Source: Candidatus Neptunichlamydia sp.
Lineage (GTDB): Bacteria; Chlamydiota; Chlamydiia; Chlamydiales; Simkaniaceae
DNA: 64,000 nucleotides
Assembly: GCA_965233865.1 (NCBI GenBank)
Contig: OZ247587.1
Span: forward strand, 640,001-704,000
Direction of reading: 5' to 3'
The notes beneath the pieces were generated by a model that searched no databases, was not told the DNA's origin, and saw only the letters and a list, made by a program, of their open reading frames with translations. Position 1 is the first letter of the stretch. Each line of letters opens with the position of its first letter. This document shows positions 50,162 through 61,194 of the stretch, one piece after another. Both the position numbers and the translations under genes were made by a program.

Positions 50162-51410
50162 AAGGGCCAAAGATGACAACAGAGTTGTGTCCACCAAACC
50201 CAAAGGAGTTTGAAATTCCCGCTTTGACATCAAAATCCTCGGCTTTACCCCTAACAATATTGAATCCTTCAAGTTCTTCTTCAGGATCTTTAAGATTGAG
50301 GTTTGGATGGAGCTTCTTTGTTTGAATGGCTTTGATCGTTGCAATCGCCTCAACGCCCCCAGCAGCCCCTAGACAATGACCCGTCATTGATTTAGTGGCG
50401 TTCATCTTTATCTCTTTGACCTGATCACCAAAGACAGTGCGTATTCCACGTACTTCACAGAGATCGCCCACTGACGTCGCTGTCGCATGGGCATTGACGT
50501 AGTTGATATTTTTTTTGTCGATGTTGGCATCCTTGATAGCTGTCTCAATACAGCTAGCCACCCCTGATCCATCTTCGCGTGGACTTGTAATATGATAAGC
50601 ATCGGTAGAAACCGCGCCACCCAAATACTCCGCAAGAATCGTTGCTCCACGCTTTTTAGCATGCTCATATTCTTCAAGGACAAGAACACCAGCTCCCTCA
50701 CCTACAACGAAACCGTCACGAGACTTGTCCCATGGACGAGAGGCTCCTTCTATGTCGCTGTTTCGCTCAGAAAGCGCTTTCATCACAACGAATCCAGCAA
50801 CTCCGATTGGATTAATTGGCGCTTCACTTCCCCCGCAAACCATAAGATCCGCATCTCCCCGCTCAATGTGTTGTGCTGCAGAAACGATCGAATAGTTTGC
50901 TGTTGCGCAGGCAGTCGAAATTGAATAGGTCGGGCCAGTAAATCCTAGGTCTATGGCTAAGAGGCCGCCCCCCATGTTAGTGATGATATAGGGAACAAAG
51001 AAGGGGGTAATCCGATTAAATCCTTTATCGAAAAGTGTCTTATTTCCTTCGAAAAATATCGACATCCCTCCCATTCCAGAACCAACAAGAACACCACAAC
51101 GAGACTTATCAAGTTTTTCAAGCTCTTTGCCTGTCAAACCTGCGTTTTCTAAAGATTTTTTACCTGCAACCATTGTGTAGCGAATAAAAGGGTCTACGCG
51201 ACGCGCTTGCTTTTTGTCCATGTGCTCGCTAACTTCAAAATCTTGAACCGATCCTGCAAAACGCGTAGGATAATCTTCGCATGGAAATTGGGTAATAGGA
51301 GTAATTCCACTTTTTCCTTCTAAAAGACTTTGATAGAAGTGATCAACATCAGTTCCAAAACAGGAGACAATTCCCATTCCTGTCACAACAATACGGCGCT
51401 TTTTACTCAC
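50148..51410 (-). CDS. fabF: 3-oxoacyl-ACP synthase II
   Basis: RRIVVTGMG, STACAT, NAHAT, KSMTGHCLGAAG, NSFGFGGHN. Confidence 0.96.
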   Translation of the reverse strand: MSKKRRIVVTGMGIVSCFGTDVDHFYQSLLEGKSGITPITQFPCEDYPTRFAGSVQDFEVSEHMDKKQARRVDPFIRYTMVAGKKSLENAGLTGKELEKLDKSRCGVLVGSGMGGMSIFFEGNKTLFDKGFNRITPFFVPYIITNMGGGLLAIDLGFTGPTYSISTACATANYSIVSAAQHIERGDADLMVCGGSEAPINPIGVAGFVVMKALSERNSDIEGASRPWDKSRDGFVVGEGAGVLVLEEYEHAKKRGATILAEYLGGAVSTDAYHITSPREDGSGVASCIETAIKDANIDKKNINYVNAHATATSVGDLCEVRGIRTVFGDQVKEIKMNATKSMTGHCLGAAGGVEAIATIKAIQTKKLHPNLNLKDPEEELEGFNIVRGKAEDFDVKAGISNSFGFGGHNSVVIFGPCETA

Positions 51411-51774
51411 TTTTCACCTTAGAGTTTAAATCTACATCTATCACCTTGCCCTCAGGCCATAGGCGTTCTAACTGATACTTTTGCCGCATATCGGGAAGGA
51501 GGAGATGAATAACCACTTGGAAGTAATCGAGAACTACCCAATCTCCAACTTGCTGCCCCTCAATATGAACCGGTTTTTCTCCCTCATCTCGCATGATATG
51601 CTGAATCTCAGTTGCAAGCGCGGATACATGCCGATCCACATTTCCATCTGCAATGATGACGTAATCAGTGATCGACGAAATGCCCCGTACATCTATAGCG
51701 ATGATATTGGTCCCTTTTTTGTCGTGAATCGCCTGCGCGATTTGCTGAATTATGTGTGAAAGATCTTTAACCAT
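51403..51774 (-). CDS. rsfS: Ribosome silencing factor
   Basis: DKKG.NI..IDV, WVVLDY, YQLERLW. Confidence 0.92.
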   Translation of the reverse strand: MVKDLSHIIQQIAQAIHDKKGTNIIAIDVRGISSITDYVIIADGNVDRHVSALATEIQHIMRDEGEKPVHIEGQQVGDWVVLDYFQVVIHLLLPDMRQKYQLERLWPEGKVIDVDLNSKVKSE

Positions 51775-52375
51775 ACGGTGAAGAGTATATAGTATTTTGA
51801 TGAATGTAGTCTAGCACTTTTCCTTGAACTAAATGCCCACAATATAGCTTTTTTTTGAGTCTCTCCCGAATCTCACTACTACTTACGTCCATTGCAGGAA
51901 TTTTGCACATCCCCTGTTCAATTTTTAATTTGATTTTTTCCGAAAGTTGATTTAATTTTTTAGTATCAAAACCACGCCTTACCCCTACCAGGGGAGATGC
52001 TTTTTCGAGAAGCCTGTCGATATCTTTCCATTCTCCAAACTCACACGCGGTATCTTCAGCAACAATCAGATAAAGATTTCCTTTGATTTCCTGAAGAGTA
52101 TCGATTGTGAAGGAAGGTGCAGGACGCTGAATTTCCCCATCATAAGGATCGCAGTCAGGAACATCTTCAAGGGCGAGTCGCAACATGTTGAGGCGGTGAT
52201 TTGCAGCTGCCTCAGGTGGGGTAGCCCCCTTTGATGGAGATACATTTGCAGGACAAAAAAGAACCTGGTCTAGATCTTTTAGTTCCATAATACGCATGGC
52301 CAAATTGAGGTGGCCTATATGAATCGGATCAAAAGTTCCCCCAAAAAAGCCAATTTTTTTTAGATGATTTCCCAT
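51767..52375 (-). CDS. nadD: Nicotinate-nucleotide adenylyltransferase
   Basis: GGTFDPIHIGH, SFTIDT, VSSSEIR. Confidence 0.9.
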   Translation of the reverse strand: MGNHLKKIGFFGGTFDPIHIGHLNLAMRIMELKDLDQVLFCPANVSPSKGATPPEAAANHRLNMLRLALEDVPDCDPYDGEIQRPAPSFTIDTLQEIKGNLYLIVAEDTACEFGEWKDIDRLLEKASPLVGVRRGFDTKKLNQLSEKIKLKIEQGMCKIPAMDVSSSEIRERLKKKLYCGHLVQGKVLDYIHQNTIYSSPYG

Positions 52376-53004
52376 GAATGCTCCTTAGAAACCTTAAGAA
52401 GTTTTGAGTTAGGATTAACAGCTACGGGACTTCCAGCTGACTCCAAAAACGGAAGGTCGAGGTCACTATCCGAATAAGCAGTCACCTTTGCAGAAGATGT
52501 TTTTAAACGGTCGGTCAGTTGCTCCATGCAAACAGCTTTTCCAGCTCCAAGAAGAATTGATTCAATGGCATTAAAATTTCCCTTTTCATCCACGCTATAG
52601 TTCGAAGAATACCATTCATTCACTCCTAAGTACTCAGCAATGGGCCCTACGACAAAAGAAGGTCCATTTGACAAGATTACGGTATAATGTCCCTCATGCT
52701 GTGCACGACGAAGACGATCGAAGGTAGGTAAATAGAGAAAACGATAAAAGTCTTTTTTCAAGAATGCAGTCACCTCGTCTTGTACGAGCTGAAGAGGAGC
52801 CCCCTTTAAAAATTTTTCGAATACTTTCTGGTGTAGTTCCGTCAGGCTTAAGTTAAGAAAATAATGACGGGCAGAGTAGAACAGCGCCTCAATGAGTGAG
52901 ATAGGATGATAGAACCCTCTCGATATCAAATAACGATAAAAGAGGAGGCTGGAGTTCGAGCGGACCAACGTGTGGTCAAGGTCAAATGCACTGATCTGTT
53001 TCAA
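52360..53004 (-). CDS. HAD-IB family hydrolase
   Basis: FDLDHTL motif I; AYSDSDLDLPFL...AVNP. Confidence 0.88.
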   Translation of the reverse strand: MKQISAFDLDHTLVRSNSSLLFYRYLISRGFYHPISLIEALFYSARHYFLNLSLTELHQKVFEKFLKGAPLQLVQDEVTAFLKKDFYRFLYLPTFDRLRRAQHEGHYTVILSNGPSFVVGPIAEYLGVNEWYSSNYSVDEKGNFNAIESILLGAGKAVCMEQLTDRLKTSSAKVTAYSDSDLDLPFLESAGSPVAVNPNSKLLKVSKEHSWEII

Positions 53005-53013
53005 TGGTCGATA

Positions 53014-54552
53014 CTAGACTAGTTTTTCTTCAAGATTTTCGAGCGCTTCCACCTCCCTATCAAGATGGATCTTGGCGCTATCATAAAGCTCACGATAAGT
53101 CATTGCCTTTTCAAAGTCAAGGTTAGACCCTCCCATTTCTTTTCGATAATCCTCAACCTGCCTTTTGATCACTTCAACGTGAGATGTTCTTTCCTCGTAG
53201 AAGGCTTCTAAAGCATCTCCCCCTAAAATACCTTCTTTTTTATTAAAAATAAAGCTACGAAGGCTTGCAAAATCTCTTTCAAATTTGTGAATTTCAACTG
53301 CGGAAAGGTTCAATAATTCGTAAGATTTTTTCAGCTCTTCTTCTCTCTTTTCTAAGTCTTCTAAAGCTGTCTCGCTCTCATTTTTGATCCATTGAGTAAG
53401 CTTTTCCTTTAGATCATCAACTTCTTTTAAAGCCGCTGCTTTTTTCTCATCAACTTTAGCTTTGAGTTGATCGAGAACCCCACTGCGAGCTTTTTGAATG
53501 CGATCTTTCAAAATTTTTATATGATCACGACTTAGCGCAGCTCCTTTCATTGCTTCCTGAAGAGCATTTGACTCTCCTAGAACTTTGGACCTCTCTTGAT
53601 TTTCTGAATTTGCGCAAAAAGCTTCAAAAGCCTCGACTTTAGGAAGAAGCTCATCAAAATTCTTCTTCTGCTCTTCAAACCGCTCACCCATCTCAGCGCG
53701 CCGCTCAGTCTCCTTTTCCTTAATTTTGTCCCATCCTTCACTGAGTATTTTTCGCGATTTTGTAAAAGCTTGGGTGTTCAAGGTTAGAATCTTTGCAAAG
53801 CCTTGAAAAGTTTTGATCTCATTTCGAATGACATAGTAGGGAGCGTCGTATTTATCTCCTTTTTCAGGAAAACGTTTCTTTACAAAAGCTTCCACATCTG
53901 CAATAAATGCGTCACTAATTGCTTTGACCAACTCTTTCCGTTTTGGGAAAATCTGATCTCCTAACTTGGAAAGACGCTTTAGGATTTTATTCTTATGGCT
54001 TATTCTCATATCGATTGCCAAGATTTCCTTTCGCAAAGAATCAAGGCGGGAGATTAAGGTCTTTAATAGGGAAAGTTCTCTCTGAACGGAGAGATACTCC
54101 TCCTCTTTGATCTCGAGAGTTTCTACATCTTTAGGGAAAACAACCGAGGCTATCTGCTCCGCTAAGCGGCCGTAATGATCTAAATCAGCTTCTAGAGCTT
54201 CAATTGCAAGTTCTACTTGTTCAACAGAAAATGCTGCTTGTTCGTCTTTGATCTCTTTTAAACGACGTGCTTCATCTCCAAGCTCAGCGTACTCAGCCCA
54301 GAGATGGTTCCGTTTAATCGGATTCATCTGCTCTTTAAAAAGAGGACCACAGAGTTTTTTGACATCCCAAAAATCCTTCAGGGTAACCCCATCAGGTTTC
54401 GAAAGAACTGATCTCATGAAATCGAGGGCAAGCCGTACCTTATCTTCTATCTCTTTAGCAGATTCAAAAGACTCTCGAAATCCTTTGAATTCTTCCGATT
54501 CCATTGGAGGCTTTTTCTCTTTTTCTTTTTTTTCAGTATTTTCTGTTTCCAT
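53014..54552 (-). CDS. Coiled-coil hypothetical protein
   Basis: 512-aa helical, charged ORF within the miaA-rsfS-fabF cluster. Confidence 0.75.
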   Translation of the reverse strand: METENTEKKEKEKKPPMESEEFKGFRESFESAKEIEDKVRLALDFMRSVLSKPDGVTLKDFWDVKKLCGPLFKEQMNPIKRNHLWAEYAELGDEARRLKEIKDEQAAFSVEQVELAIEALEADLDHYGRLAEQIASVVFPKDVETLEIKEEEYLSVQRELSLLKTLISRLDSLRKEILAIDMRISHKNKILKRLSKLGDQIFPKRKELVKAISDAFIADVEAFVKKRFPEKGDKYDAPYYVIRNEIKTFQGFAKILTLNTQAFTKSRKILSEGWDKIKEKETERRAEMGERFEEQKKNFDELLPKVEAFEAFCANSENQERSKVLGESNALQEAMKGAALSRDHIKILKDRIQKARSGVLDQLKAKVDEKKAAALKEVDDLKEKLTQWIKNESETALEDLEKREEELKKSYELLNLSAVEIHKFERDFASLRSFIFNKKEGILGGDALEAFYEERTSHVEVIKRQVEDYRKEMGGSNLDFEKAMTYRELYDSAKIHLDREVEALENLEEKLV

Positions 54553-54611
54553 GACACCTGTAGGGTTTCCGCTCAGGCAAATATAAAGGAAACACTATTT
54601 ATAGTGAAGGC

Positions 54612-55625
54612 TTAATATCGACTTTCATAGTCTTGGAGGATCATTTCAAGAGCTTTTTGATACCCATGAATATCAAGATCAACCCACCTGAAGAGGGGTT
54701 CCCTTCTAAACCAGGTAAATTGCCTTTTTGCATAGCGTCTAGAAGCTTTTTTAAACTCCCAGACGAAATGCTCCCAGTCTTCATCGCTTTGAGGAGAATC
54801 AATAAATTCGATACATTGTCGGTACCCAATTGCCTGCGCTGCAGATAGGTTCTCTCGAAGGCCCAGTTCAAGAAGTCCTTCTACCTCTTCAATAAATCCT
54901 TGTACCATCATCTCATCACAACGCATCTCAATTCTCGAAAAAAGAATATCTTTAGGGAAATAGGTAAACCAGCACCGAAAATCAAAGTCTTTGGGACGGC
55001 TTGGAACATTTCTTTTTGGAAAGTCACTCACTCGCTTTCCCGTCAAAGTCATAATTTCAAGCCCTCGGATAATCTTATGCTTGTCGCGATGGTTGATCGT
55101 CTGTCCATATTCCGGATCGATCAAGCAAAGCTTTTCATAAAGAGCTTCAGTTCCAAATTTTTCTATGTCTTCTTCAAGCTTTTGACGCACTTCAACTGAT
55201 GCCGGAGGCCCTTGTGGAGGACCATAGAGCAGAGCATGTAAATAAAAACCGGTTCCTCCCACCACAACCGGAACGTGTCCCCTAGCCAAAATTTCTCGGA
55301 TAGAGTCTGTTGCTCGTTCATAAAATTGAGCAACATTAAAGGACTCGGCAAGATCACAAATATCAATCAAATGATGCGGAAATTCTACCCGCTCTTCTAA
55401 GCTGGCTTTCGCTGTACCAATATCCATCCCACGATAAACCTGAACCGAGTCGGCAGAAACAAGCTCCCCACCTAAAATTCGCGCCATTTCAATCGATAGA
55501 CGAGTTTTCCCGCTTGCTGTAGGACCTGAAATCACAATCACACGATTGCTCGGCTGGATAGAGTCAATTTTTCTACGGGATGGGGCAGGTTGATGAGCAG
55601 ACTCATCCACGAGATCACTTCTCAA
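54612..55625 (-). CDS. miaA: tRNA dimethylallyltransferase
   Basis: GPTASGKT, SADSVQVYRGMDIGTAK, VGGTGFY, AIGY, YAKRQFTWF. Confidence 0.96.
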   Translation of the reverse strand: MRSDLVDESAHQPAPSRRKIDSIQPSNRVIVISGPTASGKTRLSIEMARILGGELVSADSVQVYRGMDIGTAKASLEERVEFPHHLIDICDLAESFNVAQFYERATDSIREILARGHVPVVVGGTGFYLHALLYGPPQGPPASVEVRQKLEEDIEKFGTEALYEKLCLIDPEYGQTINHRDKHKIIRGLEIMTLTGKRVSDFPKRNVPSRPKDFDFRCWFTYFPKDILFSRIEMRCDEMMVQGFIEEVEGLLELGLRENLSAAQAIGYRQCIEFIDSPQSDEDWEHFVWEFKKASRRYAKRQFTWFRREPLFRWVDLDIHGYQKALEMILQDYESRY

Positions 55626-55645
55626 TGAATTACTTCTATTTCTAT

Positions 55646-55993
55646 TTAGTTTGAAAAAGCTTGGAGTGCTTCTTGCTCAGTTGGAAAAATCTGGATGATC
55701 CTTTCGAATCCTGCCATTTTAATGATTTCTATTACCTCTTCACCGACAGAGCAGAGATGGAGCCCACCCGATCCTTTGAGTTTTTTTGTTGTAGATAAAA
55801 GAAGGCGCATTCCAGCACTACTCAAGTAATTTACCTTGGCAAAATCAAGCAGAAGTTTTGTTTTTCCACCTTCCACCTGCTCCACAAGTTTTTTCTCAAG
55901 TAACGGGGCCGATGCAGCATCTAAACGCCCTTCAACGCGAACCAAAGTAATCCCCTGGTCCTCTTCAATCTGTATATTTAATCCAACGGTCAT
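55646..55993 (-). CDS. STAS-domain anti-sigma factor antagonist (RsbV-like)
   Basis: GRLDA, YLSSAGMR phosphorylation motif; ATG at 55993. Confidence 0.88.
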   Translation of the reverse strand: MTVGLNIQIEEDQGITLVRVEGRLDAASAPLLEKKLVEQVEGGKTKLLLDFAKVNYLSSAGMRLLLSTTKKLKGSGGLHLCSVGEEVIEIIKMAGFERIIQIFPTEQEALQAFSN

Positions 55994-56059
55994 CGAAACA
56001 ACTCTCTTATTTGACCTCAGGATACCGCGGCTCAACTATTTTGTAAACAGATCTGGATA

Positions 56060-56158
56060 TTATTGAACAATTTTTAGCCGCATTTTGCGACCAAGACGTG
56101 CTGCAACAGTCACCGCAATTTGACGAAGTGCTTTAATGATCTTTCCTTATCTTCCTAC
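56060..56158 (-). pseudogene. KhpA-like KH-domain protein remnant
   Basis: Hand translation VGR*GKIIKALRQIAVTVAARLGRKMRLKIVQ*; stop inside the GxxG loop. Confidence 0.6.
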
Positions 56159-56303
56159 CCGTTTTCTCTTGTATTCCCTTACGATTAAATTTATGAATTT
56201 ATTTTTCGCGAATGGTATTAGTCTGTCTAGCAAAATATCGGAGAGCTATTAATGAGCTCGCTGATCCAACTAGAGCTACTTAAGTAACTGCCAGCACTAG
56301 AAC

Positions 56304-57418
56304 TTAAATTTTAATCTTAAGATAAATCCAATTCGAAAGCTTTGGAAAAACAGAAGAATGATGCTTACCAAAATTTATCTTTTCATAAACTTTATCTCCG
56401 TTAATTTTTTGCCCTTGATAATCATAGTTTATCCCATAGATTGCAGCAGCATCAATATCCTCAAAAATTTCATTGCATGAAGGACAGAGTGATGTAGCGC
56501 AAATTTTATTCAGGTTGATGTTCCCTGTCCCTTTATGTATCCAAAGTCTTTTAGGGAAATTTTGGCACTCAATGTGTTGACAACGCCCTAATATATATAG
56601 TCCTAATTTATATTCTTTTGGAAAATTATTTCTTTCTCTGTCTTCTGAATCTAATGATTCTTCGTCTGTTGAACCATCGAAGTAATTACAAGTCCTTTGG
56701 TAGCACTCTACCTGTCTAATTTGATGTTTTTTTTCAGAGTGTCTGCTAAGCTCTTGAGCAGTATCAAAGGTAATTTTTGCTTCTTTTTGAAATATAAACT
56801 CTCTAAGGCCTTGGTCTGTTATGGAAGCCTTTTCCATCCTTTTCGTTTGCAAGTGTGTATAACCAGGATATCTTCTAGCGCCAAACCATCGCTTTTTTAA
56901 AAGGGTGTAACCAGAAAGAGCAGCTGCTTGAACAATATTGTAAGCATATCCTTGGTAAAAAGCATTTTTTTGACCAGGTTGTATTAGTGTTATATGAATA
57001 CAATCACTATCTCGTTGGATTTTTCTGCAAGAGCTAAAAAAATCCCTAATAATTTCTGGAAGAGTTTAGCCTTTTAGGTCTTGCCCGTCATGAGGGCAAT
57101 TCCAGTAAATTCTAAAAAATACATACATTTAAATTGTTGATAGTGATGGAGTTTTGTGCCATCAACCCCCAGGACAACTTTTACGCCATTTGCTGCCAAT
57201 TTCTTAATATTACACAAAATCCTTGGATGCTAAAGGTCTCTATATGCCTTAATTTCTGTTGCAATAATCGAGTACCTAAGGAACCCTTGACTAGATTTTT
57301 CAAGCTGTTTTTGAACAAAAGATAATCCGTAAGAAAAATCCCCCTCTCCGATAAACAGCCTGGTTTTAGCGGTATTATTATAAAAAACATTGGAAATTCT
57401 ATAAAACTCTATAGACAT
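56304..57418 (-). pseudogene. Fragmented DUF2431 (BMT5-like Rossmann) domain gene with Cys-rich C-terminal domain
   Basis: Pieces in different frames: RLFIGEGDFSY..IIATE, GVDGTKL, RIYWNCPHDG, YPGYTHLQTK..LREFIFQK, then C..C...CPSC. Confidence 0.65.
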
Positions 57419-57636
57419 TTTAAGGAACCTTTTACTAGAGATTGAAATCAGAATTAATAGTGCACTCTAAATAAACCCATTGATCCAAATTATGAAAAAA
57501 ATTCTTGCTTCACAACAGACCTTATTTAAATTCAAGTAAGCTCCCCTTTGTGTGTCCAGATAGGTTTATTGCCTATATTACATTCTGCATTTTTGCAAGC
57601 AGCCAGTACATATAGCCCAGTACAGCGCAGAGAGCT

Positions 57637-57808
57637 TATGATAAGCATCTCTATAAATTGAGACATCTTGTAGAAAATGCTTTTTTACATTTGAAGCGAT
57701 GGAGAGGAATTGCTACACGCTATGCTAAGCACACATCTTCTTTCTTGGCTGCGGTTCAGATCAGATGTTTGGCTTTATGGGTAGAAATCTCGTGACTACA
57801 CTATCTAG
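57637..57808 (+). pseudogene. IS5-family transposase C-terminal remnant
   Basis: YDKHLYKLRHLVENAFLHLKRWRGIATRYAKHTSSFLAAVQIRC...*, followed by an IS-end-like sequence ending in CTAG. Confidence 0.8.
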
Positions 57809-57999
57809 GAGCTCTGCTATCAAAATCTATAAACTCTGAGCATTCTAAATCAACAAATGAGAGTGTTGCCATGGTTCCACCCCTTAATCTAGGATTCATT
57901 TGAATAGTGCTATCAGGCATGATGTTGTAACTGGCGAAGAGTTGCAAAAAGCTTCCTAGAAGAAGACAAATAGTGGGAATTGGAAGGAATGCCTGTTTT

Positions 58000-58281
58000 T
58001 TAAAAAGTAAGCTCTTTTATCTCTCCTATTTTTGTCTTACCCCTTTTTTCTAGATCCAAAGAAAGCGTTCTTTCCACGGTTTTCATGAAAATTTTAAATG
58101 AAGGTCTCCTTGATAAGGAGTCATTATTATTGGTTTCCTCAACATAAGAAACGTTCCTATTCCTGGGAGTTAAAAAACTATATAATCCCGGTTCTTGCGG
58201 AGGATATTTCCCATAATTGTCATTTGGTCTATACTCCATAGATCTTCCCATAGGAAAAGAGATCTTGTTTATAGAGTTCAT
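58000..58281 (-). pseudogene. Possible degenerate GIY-YIG nuclease-like ORF
   Basis: PQEPGLYSF.....VSYVEETN...LSRR resembles GIY...YIG.T.NL..R with G>E. Confidence 0.35.
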
Positions 58282-58633
58282 AAGCTCCCCTTTTAAGTTA
58301 AGTCGAACGGATGTTCTAAATCATGATGATTTATTTTCCAATTTTTTTTTGATATATATATCGTTTTGCCCCCTCTTACAGCAGCTAAGGCTAATATAAA
58401 TTTAAGACCAGATGAATATGGTAGTGTTCTCTTGCGCGCAATTAGAAAACACTACCCTGTTTGGGTACCTTAAGTATTATAGACGATTATTTTCTCAACT
58501 TTTATGTAATTGAAATTCAAAAATCACTCACATCCAAAACATTACATTATGCGTTAATTATTAATAATTTAAAACATGTTTTTTTTGAAGAAATATAGTG
58601 AAGATGTAGGTAGAATGAGCTTAAGGGGGACCC

Positions 58634-59200
58634 ATGGTTGATATCCATCCAATCCCAGATTCTGAGATGCCCGGAACAACACCAAAGGCTAGCGCCTCAA
58701 ACTTTCAAAGTGAAGCGTTTGGAGATAAGGCTAACGCCTTCTATTCCTGGTATCAGTCAATCCGTCAGCCAAATTCTCCAGTCGAGGGATACCATGGATT
58801 GCAATATATTATGAATATATCTGAGCAAGAAACTGCAACTAAAGAGGAAGGAACCCTCGCTGCTGAAAAACTCAGTCAATTAATGGAAGAGATCGATGAA
58901 GGAACCCAAACCCTCGACAAAATTCCTCATGAAGTAGAAAAGATCGTCGACAGTCTCATTAACCAAAATGCAAAGAGCCGAATCGTGATGCAAGCAACTA
59001 AAATCCAGATTTCTGTCAATCTTTCCGAATCTAATACACCTGAAGAAATCCATCAGGTAATAAACTCTCTTCTTGGAAGAGTCACAAAGGAGATGCCACA
59101 TATTAAGGCTGAAGAAATTAGCCGCACTCTTCAGGATGCTATTGACCATCCAGAAGGGTCTAAGAGTCTTCTGCAGAAGGTTCTGTCACTCTTGAATTAA
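58634..59200 (+). CDS. Hypothetical protein
   Basis: 188-aa ORF with AAGGGGGA RBS; Pro/Ser/Thr-rich N-terminus, helical body. Confidence 0.7.
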   Translation: MVDIHPIPDSEMPGTTPKASASNFQSEAFGDKANAFYSWYQSIRQPNSPVEGYHGLQYIMNISEQETATKEEGTLAAEKLSQLMEEIDEGTQTLDKIPHEVEKIVDSLINQNAKSRIVMQATKIQISVNLSESNTPEEIHQVINSLLGRVTKEMPHIKAEEISRTLQDAIDHPEGSKSLLQKVLSLLN

Positions 59201-59277
59201 ACATTGCTTAGTGATCTCTCCCCGTGCCCAATGTAAAATTAAAGAAAATATTTACATATTAATACGTTAGCCCTGTC

Positions 59278-61086
59278 TTATTTTCGAGAGGAAGACTTTC
59301 TCTGAGTCTCATTGAGTACTTTCTTTCTAAGACGGATATGATTGGGAGTCACCTCAACAAACTCATCATCTTGTATGAAATCAATTGCCTGCTCAAGAGT
59401 AAGTACTGTTGGTGGAGTGAGTGTCAAACTTTCATCTGTGCCTGAAGCACGAACATTTGTGAGTTGTTTTTCTCGAGTGATATTAACGACTAAATCATTA
59501 TCTCGGCTATTTTCGCCGATAATCATGCCTTCGTAAACATCGTCACTCGGTTTTACAAAAATTGTTCCTCGGCTCTGCAGATTAAAACAGGCATAACCGG
59601 TTACTTTCCCCTGATTCATGGAAATGAGGGCTCCATTTTTTCGACCTGCAATCTCCCCTCGGTAGGGACCATACGAATCAAAAACTGAAGTTAGAATTCC
59701 CAGTCCACGTGTCACTGTTAAAAAATCATTTCGATATCCAATAAGACCTCGGGTGGGAAGGGAAAATTCTAGAGTTGTAATATTGTGCTCGTTCGTGTGG
59801 AAGTTTAGCATCTCCCCCTTACGACGGTTGATCTCTTCAATAACCGTACCGGAGAATTCTTCGGGAACTTCGATATGCGTATGCTCAATCGGTTCTTCTT
59901 TGTTCTCTTTCAGAATCACTCGAGGCTTTGAAACAAGAAACTCATATCCTTCTCGACGCATCCCTTCAATAAGGATCGAGAGATGCAGCTCTCCCCTTCC
60001 TGCAACTTGAATCGCATCTTCTCTTCCTTCAACCTCTTCAACATTTAAGGAAATATTGGATTTCTTTTCATGAAGGAGGCGCTCACGAATTTTATTCATC
60101 GTGACATACTTTCCATCTCTTCCTACAAAAGGGCCAGAGTTCACTGAAATTTCAACTGATAGAGTAGGCTCCCCAAGTTCAATCAATGGAAGCTGCTGCA
60201 TATGATTAGGATTGCAAAGAGTATCCCCAATCATCACGTTGGGGGAACCAGAAATACTTACAATATCCCCTACTCCAGCTTCTTCAAGTTCCACTTTCTT
60301 GAGACCATGATATCCATCAATCCGTGTCACTTTATGTTGGGTTGGATGCCCACTCTTCTCAATCATTGTGAAGGAATCTCCTTTTTTGACGATTCCTTCA
60401 AGGATTCGGCCTGTCGCCTGCCTTCCCAAGAAATCACTATGAGAAATAGTGCTTGCCTGCATCAAAAAAGGAACTTCTAAATTCCCAGGAGGGTGAGGAA
60501 CTTTTTCAATCACCAAATCAAATAATGGTTTCATGTTCTCTTTAGGATCCCCTTCATTGAGGAAAGCATATCCTCCAATTGCAGAAGCATAGCAGTAAGA
60601 GAAGTCGAGCTGCTCATCGCTCGCTCCTAATTCTACAAAAAGATCGAATGTTTTATTGAGAGCATTTTCAGGATCAGCGTGAGGCTTGTCAATTTTATTC
60701 AAAACAACGATAGGATTGATCCCCATCCTTAACGATTGAGAAAGGACAAAACGCGTTTGGGGCATCGGTCCCTCAGCAGCATCGATAATCAGTAGGACGC
60801 AATTGACCATCCCTAGAACCCGCTCTACCTCTCCTGAGAAATCCGCGTGTCCCGGAGTGTCAATGATATTAATCTTGCATTTATCAACAAATAAACTCGT
60901 ATGTTTTGCAAAAATCGTGATCCCACGCTCTTTTTCAAGCTCGTTGGAGTCCATTGCCCTTTCAGGTATGGCTTCATTTTCTCGAAATATCTCAGCTTGT
61001 GCCAAGAGGCAATCGAGAAGTGTTGTTTTCCCATGGTCAATATGGGCAATAATCGCAATATTACGAATCTTTTCTGGAGGATACAT
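59278..61086 (-). CDS. typA: Translational GTPase TypA/BipA
   Basis: IRNIAIIAHIDHGKTTL, DTPGHADF, GRGELHL, EVTPNHIRLRK. Confidence 0.96.
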   Translation of the reverse strand: MYPPEKIRNIAIIAHIDHGKTTLLDCLLAQAEIFRENEAIPERAMDSNELEKERGITIFAKHTSLFVDKCKINIIDTPGHADFSGEVERVLGMVNCVLLIIDAAEGPMPQTRFVLSQSLRMGINPIVVLNKIDKPHADPENALNKTFDLFVELGASDEQLDFSYCYASAIGGYAFLNEGDPKENMKPLFDLVIEKVPHPPGNLEVPFLMQASTISHSDFLGRQATGRILEGIVKKGDSFTMIEKSGHPTQHKVTRIDGYHGLKKVELEEAGVGDIVSISGSPNVMIGDTLCNPNHMQQLPLIELGEPTLSVEISVNSGPFVGRDGKYVTMNKIRERLLHEKKSNISLNVEEVEGREDAIQVAGRGELHLSILIEGMRREGYEFLVSKPRVILKENKEEPIEHTHIEVPEEFSGTVIEEINRRKGEMLNFHTNEHNITTLEFSLPTRGLIGYRNDFLTVTRGLGILTSVFDSYGPYRGEIAGRKNGALISMNQGKVTGYACFNLQSRGTIFVKPSDDVYEGMIIGENSRDNDLVVNITREKQLTNVRASGTDESLTLTPPTVLTLEQAIDFIQDDEFVEVTPNHIRLRKKVLNETQRKSSSRK

Positions 61087-61194
61087 CCCACTATCCTACT
61101 AAGATTTCTCTAATAAAATCAACTATAAACCTATGCCAATAATAAATTGCTTGAAATTTGACAATGTTAGGGAAAAAATCTAGGGTGAGGGTCT

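Noticed and set aside
50162..50353. N-terminal extension of the NUDIX ORF
   Set aside because: Lies inside fabF in another frame
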